52,137 nucleotides of DNA, taken from contig DAINQE010000011.1 in the NCBI GenBank assembly GCA_036743055.1, positions 5,516 to 57,652 of the forward strand. The letters run 5' to 3'. This DNA is from Candidatus Sabulitectum sp. Its GTDB lineage: Bacteria; Fermentibacterota; Fermentibacteria; Fermentibacterales; JCC-6. How positions within the stretch are numbered: the stretch's first letter is position 1; the number at the start of each line of letters is the position of its first letter. The position numbers and the translations under genes were made by a program. Shown here piece after piece: positions 17,876 to 26,563 of the stretch. Under the pieces are notes generated by a model. That model saw nothing but the letters and a program-made list of their open reading frames with translations. It searched no databases and had not been told where the DNA came from.

Positions 17876-18682
17876 TTACATGAAAAGAGCCAGGCTTGCG
17901 GCCATTATCACCATGCCCGCTATGAGGCCACCTATGGCAAGGTGATGCTCTCCGAACTCCTCGGCGGCTGGAAGGAGTTCGTCCAGTGAGATGTAGACCA
18001 TTATCCCGGCTACTCCGGCGAAGATAAGGCCGAACATCATGTCAGTGAACAGGGTCCTGAGAAGGTAGTACCCGGCCAGGGCACCTATGGGTTCCGCCAG
18101 CCCTGAGAGGAATGAGTAGACGAAGGCCTTCTTCCTGCTTTTGGTGGCGAAGTACACCGGAGCCGAGACCGCAAGCCCTTCTGGAATGTTGTGTATGGCA
18201 ATGGCCACGGCTATGCTTATGCCCAGAGCCGGATCCGTAAGCCCGCTCATGAATGTGGCCAGACCTTCCGGGAAGTTGTGTATCCCTATGGCCAGTGCTG
18301 AGAAAACGCCCATCCGGAGCAGTTTCGACCTTTCCTTTTCAGACGCCCCGGCGATCTTTTCATCAAGGTTCACCTCATGGGGGTTCTCGTATGACGGGAC
18401 CAGACGGTCGATCAGCGCTATCACCAGGATGCCGGCGAAGAAGGCCCCCGCCGTCCACAGGTAGCCTGGTTTCTCGCCCATGCACATGGTCAGGGAGATC
18501 CTGGCCTTCTGGAATATCTCGACCAGGGACACATAGATCATCACTCCGGCGGAGAAACCCAGGGATACCGTAAGTACCTTCGGGTTGAACCTGCGGGATA
18601 GAAGCCCCAGAACGCTTCCTATGCCGGTGGACAGCCCCGCGAGAAGGGTGAGCAGGAACGCGAATCCAACGTTTTCCGTCAT
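17876..18682 (-). CDS. zupT: ZIP-family zinc transporter ZupT
   Basis: 268 aa, multi-TM. ZIP signature regions IGIHNFPEGLA and IAIHNIPEGLAVS. Confidence 0.88.
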   Translation of the reverse strand: MTENVGFAFLLTLLAGLSTGIGSVLGLLSRRFNPKVLTVSLGFSAGVMIYVSLVEIFQKARISLTMCMGEKPGYLWTAGAFFAGILVIALIDRLVPSYENPHEVNLDEKIAGASEKERSKLLRMGVFSALAIGIHNFPEGLATFMSGLTDPALGISIAVAIAIHNIPEGLAVSAPVYFATKSRKKAFVYSFLSGLAEPIGALAGYYLLRTLFTDMMFGLIFAGVAGIMVYISLDELLPAAEEFGEHHLAIGGLIAGMVIMAASLALFM

Positions 18683-18683
18683 G

Positions 18684-21026
18684 TCAGTCCGTTCTCAGGT
18701 AGGCAATGCCCTTCTCGCTCTCGCTGTCCAGTATCACCGAAAGGGTCGATCCCTCAAGAAGGTCGGAGACCTTCACCACCCGGATGACCCCGGCGTACTT
18801 CCCGGCGTTCTTCACAAGGTCGGTCAGGTGATTTTCCGCTTCCAGGAATGCTTCTTCCCTGAAGATGATCCCTTCGTCGTCGGGGTAGAGGGGCATGTAC
18901 TTTATGTCCGCCTCCACAAGGTCCTGGAAGAAGTGAGTTCCGAAGGAGAGATCGGGAACGTGACCCTGCTTCTCCTTGGCTACCTCGATGAGCATGGCGG
19001 TGTTGTTGATGTCGCTGTATCCCACATGAACGCCTAGCTTGATGTCCCCCTTGCTCCCCCATCTTCCCGGGCCTATCAGAACGAACTTCTTGTGGGGAAG
19101 GGCCTGGTTCAGTCTGCCTATGATTTGACCGATCTCAAGCAGTTCCTCCCTGCTCTGCACCGAATCGTATTCGGAACCCACCACATAGACGATGTACTTA
19201 ATGCCGTGGCAGGCCCCGGACATGATGTACCTTCCCGCGGTGAACAGGATGCGGTCCTCGTCGATCCCCTTGGGAATGGTGGTGTCCACGGTTCCCCTGC
19301 CTATGCTCTGGGGCCTGCACTGGAGAAGATAGGGTGTGTGTATGTCCGGCCCGTAGGCAAACTCGATGTCCACCGGCATGCCGATCTCTTCCTCAAGGAT
19401 GCCCAGGGCCGTTTTGAAGAACAGAGGAACAGGGCTCTTCTCCAGGAGATTATGGAATGTTAGGAGCGTATCTTTCTGCTGGATATTGAGCATCGAGCCC
19501 GGGGACAGCTGTACATGACCGCCCTCGATGGTGGAGACCATGTAGGGAAGACAGGGTATCTTCGCGCCATGGGTCCTTATGACCCTGTCGGTGCTTATGG
19601 TTTCCAGGCATCCCTTTTCAAGGTTGATGACGTCGATGCTCCTCTGGGCGTATCGCATCATCTCGTCGGTGCTGGCATTGATCCTGAGCCTGGGCTGACC
19701 GGGGCTCATGAGGACCGGGAAATCCTGCCCCGTCCTGTCCACCGCTCTGGTGCCCAGCCCGGCCACCAGCCTTACTATGCCGTCCTCGGCCTTTATCCTC
19801 GGGGACCAGCGGTAATCGTTCCTGCTGAAGGCAACGCCGGCGAAAGGGGGAAAGAAATAATCGCCGATCCTGTTGCCCACCACTTCCTGGATGAGTATTC
19901 CCATCTCCTCGTTGAAGTCCAGGAGACCCCTTTCCCTGCGGTACTCGATGGGGTCCGGGCCGAAGATGCTGGCATATACCTCCAGAATGGCGTCCACCAG
20001 GGCTTCCAGTCTTTCCTTCCTGGTACCCTGATTGGCAACGAAGAGGCTCTTGTACTTCCCTGCGAAGGCCGCGCCGGTGCTGTCCTCAAGAAGACTCGAC
20101 GAACGTACTACCAGTGGCGTCGTGCCGAAATGATCCAGGGCCTGCTCCAGCCCTGTCATTATGCTGAAGGGCATTACCGAGTGCTTGAACACCTGTTCCA
20201 GGAGCTGGTACTCCTGGCGGATCTCGTCGGGGTGGGCGTACTTGATGGCCATCATCTCTTCAAGGGCGTTGTGCCTGATGAACTCCAGCACCGCATCCGA
20301 GGCTATGTACCAGGTCATGGGTACCTTGAGGTTCCGCAGAACGGTGTGGGACTTCTTGTGGGTACAGAGGATCTTCCTGGCCCTGAAAAGCCCTGCAGCC
20401 TTGCCCCCAACCTTCCCGTTGCCGTTGAAGGGGCCGATGGTGTGGCTGAGAACCTCTCCGAAGTCGCTTATGCTAACGTGCTTCCTTATGGTGTTGATGA
20501 ACTTCAGGTCGTCGGTGAATACCCTCCTGGTCAGGTCGACGATGATGCTCTCCCTGTCCTTGGCCTCCATCTTCTTGCTGCGCTGGGGGAGCATTTCATA
20601 CCTTGTCAGCGCTTCCTGCAGATGCCCCAGGGGAATGTCCCTGCGCCCTGCGGCAAGGGAGAGGAACCTGAGCTTCTCGTACCTCATCCACCTGTGCAGG
20701 GCCATTGTAATCTCGTCGGGGGCGAGGACCTCTTCGGCAAGCCTGAATACCCTTGTGGTGAGGCCTTCTATAATGTCGTAATCGATCCTGGGAGCAGGCT
20801 GGTTCTCTCCGTAGAGGTCGCCTGTCTCAACGGCGTTGGCCTGCTTGGGCAGGTATTCCTCCATTATGCTGGAGATCCTGTGAACCTTCCTCCGGTAGAG
20901 GTAGTTCATCATCTTCCTGCTGAGCCTGCCCAGGAGCTCCGGATCGGTTTCACGGAGCAGCTTGATGATGATCTTCCATTCCGGGGTTCCCGCAGGTGAC
21001 ATTCCCGTGCTGTCGAGAGGGTTCAT
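18684..21026 (-). CDS. PEP/pyruvate-binding (PPDK_N) domain protein with GPGRWGS C-terminal domain, paralog of 13310-16270 without receiver domains
   Basis: 780 aa. GGKAAGLFRA and LVVRSSSLLEDSTGAAFAGKY (ATP-grasp PPDK_N). C-terminus VLIGPGRWGSKGDIKLGVHV...GTHFFQD is colinear with the C-terminus of the 986-aa protein. Its stop lies 1 nt before the zupT start. Confidence 0.75.
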   Translation of the reverse strand: MNPLDSTGMSPAGTPEWKIIIKLLRETDPELLGRLSRKMMNYLYRRKVHRISSIMEEYLPKQANAVETGDLYGENQPAPRIDYDIIEGLTTRVFRLAEEVLAPDEITMALHRWMRYEKLRFLSLAAGRRDIPLGHLQEALTRYEMLPQRSKKMEAKDRESIIVDLTRRVFTDDLKFINTIRKHVSISDFGEVLSHTIGPFNGNGKVGGKAAGLFRARKILCTHKKSHTVLRNLKVPMTWYIASDAVLEFIRHNALEEMMAIKYAHPDEIRQEYQLLEQVFKHSVMPFSIMTGLEQALDHFGTTPLVVRSSSLLEDSTGAAFAGKYKSLFVANQGTRKERLEALVDAILEVYASIFGPDPIEYRRERGLLDFNEEMGILIQEVVGNRIGDYFFPPFAGVAFSRNDYRWSPRIKAEDGIVRLVAGLGTRAVDRTGQDFPVLMSPGQPRLRINASTDEMMRYAQRSIDVINLEKGCLETISTDRVIRTHGAKIPCLPYMVSTIEGGHVQLSPGSMLNIQQKDTLLTFHNLLEKSPVPLFFKTALGILEEEIGMPVDIEFAYGPDIHTPYLLQCRPQSIGRGTVDTTIPKGIDEDRILFTAGRYIMSGACHGIKYIVYVVGSEYDSVQSREELLEIGQIIGRLNQALPHKKFVLIGPGRWGSKGDIKLGVHVGYSDINNTAMLIEVAKEKQGHVPDLSFGTHFFQDLVEADIKYMPLYPDDEGIIFREEAFLEAENHLTDLVKNAGKYAGVIRVVKVSDLLEGSTLSVILDSESEKGIAYLRTD

Positions 21027-21083
21027 GAGCTGCCTTTCAGAAGAGGGTTTTTCCTTTCGGAAATCCTAATCCCTCAGGACGCG

Positions 21084-21118
21084 AAAAAAAAGGCCGGAGC
21101 GCTGGGCTCCGGCCTTTT
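21084..21118 (-). terminator. Rho-independent terminator downstream of gdh (21132-22415)
   Basis: Stem GGCCGGAGC / GCTCCGGCC (21092-21114). On the minus strand it is followed by a run of 8 T (A-run 21084-21091 on plus). TTTT on the other side makes it look bidirectional. Confidence 0.7.
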
Positions 21119-21131
21119 GTAAGCGGTTCTG

Positions 21132-22415
21132 CTACACGAGCCCGCGCATCTTGGCGGCGTTGGCGACCCTGTCGATGGCTATCATGTAAGCCGCGTCGCG
21201 CATGTAGACCCCGTGGCTCTCCGCAAGGTCGGCCACGGCGTGGAAGGCTGTGGTCATCTTGGTGTCCAGCTTGGAGAGGACCTCGTCCTTCTCCCAATAG
21301 TAGTTCATGTTGTTCTGAACCTGTTCGAAGTACGAGCAGGTTACTCCGCCTGCGTTGCAGAGGAAGTCGGGGATGACGAAGATACCGCGCTCTTTGATCA
21401 CTGCATCGGCCTCGGGGGTGGTGGGGCCGTTGGCGCCCTCGGCGATGACCTTTACCCTGCTGTGGATCTTGCCCACGGTCTCGACATTGATCTGATTCTC
21501 CAGGGCTCCCGGAAGAAGAACGTCGGCTTCGGTCTCGATCCAGGCTCCGCCGGGGAGCTTTTCGTAGCCGGCACCCACTGCCTTCTCAGCATCGATGGTC
21601 CCGAATCTGTCGGTTATGCTCAGGATGAACTGGAGGTCCAGTCCTTCCATCTTCCTGTACGTATAGGAGGTCATGTCCTTCTGGTCCCAGCAGGAGATGC
21701 ACACGACCTTGCCGCCGTACTGGGTGAAGAGGTCAGCGGCGTGCTGGACGACATTGCCGAAACCCTGGCAGGCCATGGTGGCGCCGCTGATGTCAACGCC
21801 CATACGCTTCAGGGCCTCGCGGACGGTGTAGATGGCACCGTAGCCGGTGGCCTCGGTACGGCCCAGGGATCCGCCGCTTCCAACGGGTTTACCGGTGATA
21901 ACGCCTGGGAACTTCCCGCCGGAGAGGGTCTCATACTCGTCCATCATCCAGAGCATGTGCTGGGGGGTGGTCATCACGTCGGGGGCGGGAACGTCCTGAA
22001 CCGGGCCGATGTTCTTCCAGACCGAACGGATCCAGCCGCGGCAGATCTGCTCCTGCTCGCGCATGGAGAGCTCGTGGGGGTCGCAGATGATTCCGCCCTT
22101 GCCGCCGCCCAGGGGAATGTCCACCACTGCCGTCTTCCAGGTCATCCAGGTGGCCAGGGCCTTCACGGTGCTGATGGTCTCATCGGGGTGGAACCTGATT
22201 CCGCCCTTGGAGGGGCCGCGCACGTCGCTGTGCTGAACCCTGAATCCCTTGAAGACCTTTACAGAACCATCGTCCATATGTACGGGAATGGTGAAATGGT
22301 ATTCCCTCATGGGCTCACGGAGGAACGCCCTGACGCCGGGTTCGAGATCGAGTTTTTCGGCGACCTGGTCGAACTGATCCTGTGCCATCTTAAAGGCATC
22401 GAAACTCTTGGACAT
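21132..22415 (-). CDS. gdh: Glutamate dehydrogenase (about 425-aa Glu/Leu/Phe/Val dehydrogenase family, GluD/archaeal-clostridial type)
   Basis: Start set at ATG 22415 (MSKSFDAFKMAQ) after GGAGGTA; the 22535 start adds non-homologous residues. Motifs GGIRFHPDE, VDIPLGGGKGGIICDP, CQGFGNVVQH. Confidence 0.9.
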   Translation of the reverse strand: MSKSFDAFKMAQDQFDQVAEKLDLEPGVRAFLREPMREYHFTIPVHMDDGSVKVFKGFRVQHSDVRGPSKGGIRFHPDETISTVKALATWMTWKTAVVDIPLGGGKGGIICDPHELSMREQEQICRGWIRSVWKNIGPVQDVPAPDVMTTPQHMLWMMDEYETLSGGKFPGVITGKPVGSGGSLGRTEATGYGAIYTVREALKRMGVDISGATMACQGFGNVVQHAADLFTQYGGKVVCISCWDQKDMTSYTYRKMEGLDLQFILSITDRFGTIDAEKAVGAGYEKLPGGAWIETEADVLLPGALENQINVETVGKIHSRVKVIAEGANGPTTPEADAVIKERGIFVIPDFLCNAGGVTCSYFEQVQNNMNYYWEKDEVLSKLDTKMTTAFHAVADLAESHGVYMRDAAYMIAIDRVANAAKMRGLV

Positions 22416-22760
22416 TTCTGTACCTCCTACCGGCTGGGACCGGTAACAATGAAGACGGAGCTTCCGTTGTGTATTGTGCGGCCTGCCAACCGGCAGGCAA
22501 ACGGTAATATATGCCTCCCCGTAACGGGAAAGCAAACAGGGAGGCCCGGGCTGTTATCCGGTGTGGCAAATACGACATAAGATATTGATCAACAATCACA
22601 TGCATTTTGTCCTGTAATGTGGTCGGCGTGTTCCCCGCGAGGGACGAAAAATCGTTACTTTAATGTTAACGAACGAACAATTCAATAACAACGATAATAC
22701 CCGTTCCCTGCACCGGGTTTTTCAGGCGTATAATGCTTATGTTCCAGTCGGGAGGTGAAG

Positions 22761-23423
22761 ATGGTCAGGGTTACCATACTTTACGACAATACAGCGCTGC
22801 CCGGTCTGGAGGCGGACTGGGGCTTCTCGGCCTTCATAGAGACCCCAGGGAGGAAGATACTTTTCGATGCCGGAGCCGATGGAAGCATCCTGCTCGCCAA
22901 TGCATCAGCCCTGGGTGTGGATCTGTCCATGACCGACACCGTGTTCGTTTCCCACAACCATTTCGACCACATCGGAGGGCTGTCCGCCGCCATCTGGGCA
23001 TGCCCCAGGGCCAGGATCTTCGTTCCCAGAAGCCTCCGAGGTGTAAAGAGAGGGTACGAAGTGGTAACCGTTTCCGGAGAGCTGGAGATCGGGAACGGCT
23101 TCTGGTCCACAGGGGAGCTTGATTCCCTGGAACAGTCCCTTCTCGTTCCCCTTGACAGGGGATTCCTCCTTGTGGCCGGGTGTTCCCACCCCGGGCTCGA
23201 GAGCATCTTTCAGGTGGCTGGGAAACATGGAGTTGTAAGGGTCGTGCTGGGAGGCCTGCACGGCTTCGAAGCCTATGGTCTTCTGGAATCGGTGGAGAGT
23301 GTATGTCCCACACACTGCACCGCCCACATAACCGAAATAGAGCGTCTGTTCCCGGAAAAGTACCTTCCAGGCGGCGTGGGCAGGCGCTATTCCTTTCCCG
23401 TGCGTTCGGACGGAACCAGGTGA
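22761..23423 (+). CDS. MBL-fold metallo-hydrolase
   Basis: HxHxDH motif (VSHNHFDHIGG). Start ATG 22761 after GGGAGG; GTG 22755 is the alternative. First gene of an overlapping four-gene operon. Confidence 0.8.
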   Translation: MVRVTILYDNTALPGLEADWGFSAFIETPGRKILFDAGADGSILLANASALGVDLSMTDTVFVSHNHFDHIGGLSAAIWACPRARIFVPRSLRGVKRGYEVVTVSGELEIGNGFWSTGELDSLEQSLLVPLDRGFLLVAGCSHPGLESIFQVAGKHGVVRVVLGGLHGFEAYGLLESVESVCPTHCTAHITEIERLFPEKYLPGGVGRRYSFPVRSDGTR

Positions 23424-24277
23424 GAACGTATCTGGACTGCATTCCCTGTTTCCTATCCCAGGCCCTCAGGGCCGGCAGGGCGGCCACCTCCGACGAAGCC
23501 CTGCTGAAGGTTCTGCTTGACAGGGTCGGCGCAGGGATAGGGGACATTCCGCTGGATCACACTCCCCCGGAGATAGCGCTCAGGGTGTACGATGACATCA
23601 GGGAGATCACAGGGGTGGAAGACCCCTTCCGGGAGGCGAAGAAAAGGCACATAGCGGAAGCCCTGCTTCTTTATCCATCCATGCGGGAGAGGGTGCTGAA
23701 CTCCTCCGATCCTCTGAGGACCGCTGTGAAAATAGCCATCGCCGGCAATGTGATAGACCTGGGCACAGGAAAGGACATAAAGATAAAGGAGGGAATAGAG
23801 ACAGTACTCCACAGGCCGTTCGCCATAGATCACATGGAGGACTTCCGCCGGAAGCTTTCGGATGCTTCGGATATTCTCTACCTGGGGGACAACGCCGGTG
23901 AGTCGGTCTTCGACAGGCTACTTATCGAGACAATGGGTAAGCCGGTAACCTACGCGGTCCGTGCCCGGCCTGTGATAAACGATGTGACAACGGAGGAAGC
24001 AGTTGAGTCCGGGCTGGGCGAGGTTGCGGAGATAGTATCCTCGGGCTCCCCTGCTCCCGCTGTGGTGCCCCGTCTGTGCAGCCGGGAATTCATGGAGCTC
24101 TTCGATTCATCCCCCTTGATAATCAGCAAGGGGCAGGGGAATTACGAGGGTCTCTCCGGGACCCGGCGGCCGGTATTCTTCCTTCTGAAGGCGAAGTGCC
24201 CTGTTATAGCAGGGGACATGGGTGTGAGCGAGGGGGATCTCGTTCTCGAGTACTCCCTCAGAGGAAAAGAGCGGTGA
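23420..24277 (+). CDS. DUF89/ARMT1-like (damage-control phosphatase family) protein
   Basis: GTG 23420 start overlaps the upstream stop (GTGA). Begins RTYLDCIPCFLSQAL, then PF(R)EAKK and IAGNVIDLG, as I recall for the DUF89 family. About 285 aa, the typical length. Confidence 0.7.
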   Translation: MRTYLDCIPCFLSQALRAGRAATSDEALLKVLLDRVGAGIGDIPLDHTPPEIALRVYDDIREITGVEDPFREAKKRHIAEALLLYPSMRERVLNSSDPLRTAVKIAIAGNVIDLGTGKDIKIKEGIETVLHRPFAIDHMEDFRRKLSDASDILYLGDNAGESVFDRLLIETMGKPVTYAVRARPVINDVTTEEAVESGLGEVAEIVSSGSPAPAVVPRLCSREFMELFDSSPLIISKGQGNYEGLSGTRRPVFFLLKAKCPVIAGDMGVSEGDLVLEYSLRGKER

Positions 24278-24729
24278 TGGAAAAGGAAAAGACAGGGATC
24301 GGGATAATAATCTGCCACAGGTATCACACCTGCGGAGGCGGGAAGTGCTTCAGGGCGCTGAGGGAGCGGACCGGCGCGTTCAGGCGGTATCCGGCTGATA
24401 CCGAAGTCGAAGTGGTGGGCTACGGCACCTGCGGAGGCTGCCCCGGGGGAAACGTGGAGTACGTGCCCCAGGAGATGATAAGGAACGGGGCCCAGGTGAT
24501 ACACCTTGCCACGGGTCTCATCGTGGGGTACCCCCCGTGTCCCAGGATAGAGTTCTTCAAGAGGTTCATCGAGGAGCGTTACGGTGTTCCAGTCATCCCC
24601 GGCACCCATCCGGTGCCTGAGAAGTATTACCTGATACACGCCGCCCTGGGTACCTGGAAAGGGGAGAAGTGGAGCGAACTGCTGGCTCCCGCCCTGGATG
24701 ATACCGAAACCCGTCTCGCCTACGACTGA
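24277..24729 (+). CDS. CGGC-domain protein
   Basis: TGATG overlap with the upstream gene. 150 aa with IIICHRYHTCGGGKC and GYGTCGGCPG Cys motifs. Confidence 0.7.
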   Translation: MEKEKTGIGIIICHRYHTCGGGKCFRALRERTGAFRRYPADTEVEVVGYGTCGGCPGGNVEYVPQEMIRNGAQVIHLATGLIVGYPPCPRIEFFKRFIEERYGVPVIPGTHPVPEKYYLIHAALGTWKGEKWSELLAPALDDTETRLAYD

Positions 24730-25664
24730 TGGGATACAGGCATCTTTTCGGTCCGGTTCCGTCCAGAAGGCTTGGGGTCTCCCTGGGCATAGACCTGGTT
24801 CCCCATAAAGTCTGCACTCTGAACTGTGTTTACTGCGAATGCGGCGGGACTACCCTGCTTACCCTGGAAAGGGCCGAGTATGTGCCCTTCGCCGAGGTAA
24901 GCAACGAGATTGAGACATATCTCAGGGAGAACCCGGCTCCGGATTACATCACCTTCTCCGGTTCAGGCGAACCTGTGCTTAACAGCAGCATCGGAGAGGT
25001 GATCGCTCTCATCAAAGACATCTCTCATATCCCCGTGGCGGTCCTTACCAACGGTACCCTTTTCACCGATGCGTCCGTGCGGCGGGAGGTCCTAGGGGCC
25101 GACCTGGTGATGCCATCATTGGACGCCGCTTCCCCTGGAGCCTTTCAGCGGATCAACCGGCCCCATTCCGGGCTGGATGTAAAGGACCACATCAGAGGCC
25201 TCGCTGACCTGAGGAGGGAGATATCCGGAGAGATGTGGCTTGAGATCTTCCTCCTGCCCGGGTACAATGACTGCCGGGAGAACCTGGAAAGTCTCAGGGA
25301 TGCCATAGGCCGGATCGAACCCCATCGGATACAGCTGAACACCCTGGACCGACCGGGCGCAGTGGAGGGACTGAGACCGGCCCCGGGAGAATGGCTGGAA
25401 TCCATAGCGGAGGACTGGGGTTTCCCTGGAACGGAGGTCATCGCCCCTGCTGCCAGCCGCAGGGAGAAGACATCATTCAGGAAGGACCTGGAGGAGACCA
25501 TATACGAAACCATCGGAAGACGACCCTGCACACTGAAGGATCTCTGCGGGATACTCGGCCTTCACGCCAACGAGGTCAACAAGTACCTGGCGGTACTGGA
25601 AGAGGCCGGGAGGATCGAGACGGTATCAATGGACAGGGGCGTGTTCCACAGAGTCGTGCGCTAG
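24729..25664 (+). CDS. Radical SAM protein with C-terminal winged-helix-like tail
   Basis: TGATG overlap with the upstream gene. N-terminus GPVPSRRLGVSLGIDLVPHKVCTLNCVYCECG carries the CxxxCxxC motif. C-terminal LKDLCGILGLHANEVNKYLAVLEEAGRI looks wHTH-like. Confidence 0.8.
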   Translation: MGYRHLFGPVPSRRLGVSLGIDLVPHKVCTLNCVYCECGGTTLLTLERAEYVPFAEVSNEIETYLRENPAPDYITFSGSGEPVLNSSIGEVIALIKDISHIPVAVLTNGTLFTDASVRREVLGADLVMPSLDAASPGAFQRINRPHSGLDVKDHIRGLADLRREISGEMWLEIFLLPGYNDCRENLESLRDAIGRIEPHRIQLNTLDRPGAVEGLRPAPGEWLESIAEDWGFPGTEVIAPAASRREKTSFRKDLEETIYETIGRRPCTLKDLCGILGLHANEVNKYLAVLEEAGRIETVSMDRGVFHRVVR

Positions 25665-26425
25665 GATTCGACCCTCCCCACCGGGGCGCAGTAAACCACG
25701 AACTCGTCCTCCCCGTCCAGCTGAAGGAGGTCGTCCATCAGCTCCTGGGAATAGGCTCCTATGGCCACGGTGCCAAGACCCAGCGCCTCCGCTGCGAGGT
25801 AGAGGTTCTGGCACACATGACCGGCGTCTATCAGCATCACCTTGTGTGACTCGCCCATGTAGCGCCATTCACCCAGATAAGGCCTGCACGACCAGATGAA
25901 CACCACAGGGGCCGCCCCCACGAAGCCCTGACCCGCAGAGGCTTCCGTGAGCCTGATTCCCAGACCATCCACTGAACCGCTGTAAAGAAGCGAATGCCTC
26001 AGCGGGGAGTACCTGTATATGCCCGGTTCGAGCCCTTCGACCCTGTTCACCGCGAGATAGGTCTCGAAGGGATGCCTTGCCCCGGCGGATGGTACGGTGC
26101 GCAGCGTTGCCCTGCCGGTCTTCGTGTAGGCCGGTACCACCTTCTTCACCCCCTGTGTGCTCCAGAGAAGGAACGACAGTTCCTCCAGGTTCAGCGGATC
26201 ATCGAAGAACTTCCTTCTGCTTTTCCGTTCCAGTATGCATTCCCTTATACCGTTCTTCTGAAGCCCCGCGGTGACCGGATCCGGAAGGACGGTTTCCTCC
26301 ATACCCGGTTCATCGGGTTTTTCCAGGGGAGGCTGGTCCACGCCGATGTTCTGGTCGGATACCTCTCCGCTCTCCACTCCGAAGTGGGAACGCATCATTT
26401 CCCTGTTCGCCTTCCATCTGCTCAT
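25661..26425 (-). CDS. SagB/ThcOx-type nitroreductase-family dehydrogenase
   Basis: 254 aa. RKSRRKF, LRTVPSAGARHPFETY and IYRYSPLRH are typical of the SagB-type dehydrogenase domain. 4-nt convergent overlap with the radical SAM gene. Confidence 0.75.
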   Translation of the reverse strand: MSRWKANREMMRSHFGVESGEVSDQNIGVDQPPLEKPDEPGMEETVLPDPVTAGLQKNGIRECILERKSRRKFFDDPLNLEELSFLLWSTQGVKKVVPAYTKTGRATLRTVPSAGARHPFETYLAVNRVEGLEPGIYRYSPLRHSLLYSGSVDGLGIRLTEASAGQGFVGAAPVVFIWSCRPYLGEWRYMGESHKVMLIDAGHVCQNLYLAAEALGLGTVAIGAYSQELMDDLLQLDGEDEFVVYCAPVGRVES

Positions 26426-26563
26426 TCCTGTCCCCTTCCGTTTGCTTCTCCCACGAACATAACGAAGTGTTCATCCTCCAGTGGAATACGATTGACTTGA
26501 ACCTGAAAAGGGTTAGTTTTCCCCTGGAAACACTCAATGGACATTACTGAAGGGAAGGCTGAC

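Noticed and set aside
23403-23415. cgttcggacggaa, superficially like the core of the glutamine (glnA RNA) riboswitch.
   Set aside because: It lies inside the 3' end of the MBL-hydrolase coding sequence, lacks the surrounding pairing elements and is not upstream of a nitrogen gene.
25661-26425. SagB-type dehydrogenase next to a radical SAM gene as a RiPP (thiazole/oxazole or sactipeptide) cluster.
   Set aside because: No YcaO/cyclodehydratase, no plausible short precursor ORF and no transporter or peptidase. Stand-alone SagB-type nitroreductases are common in anaerobes.
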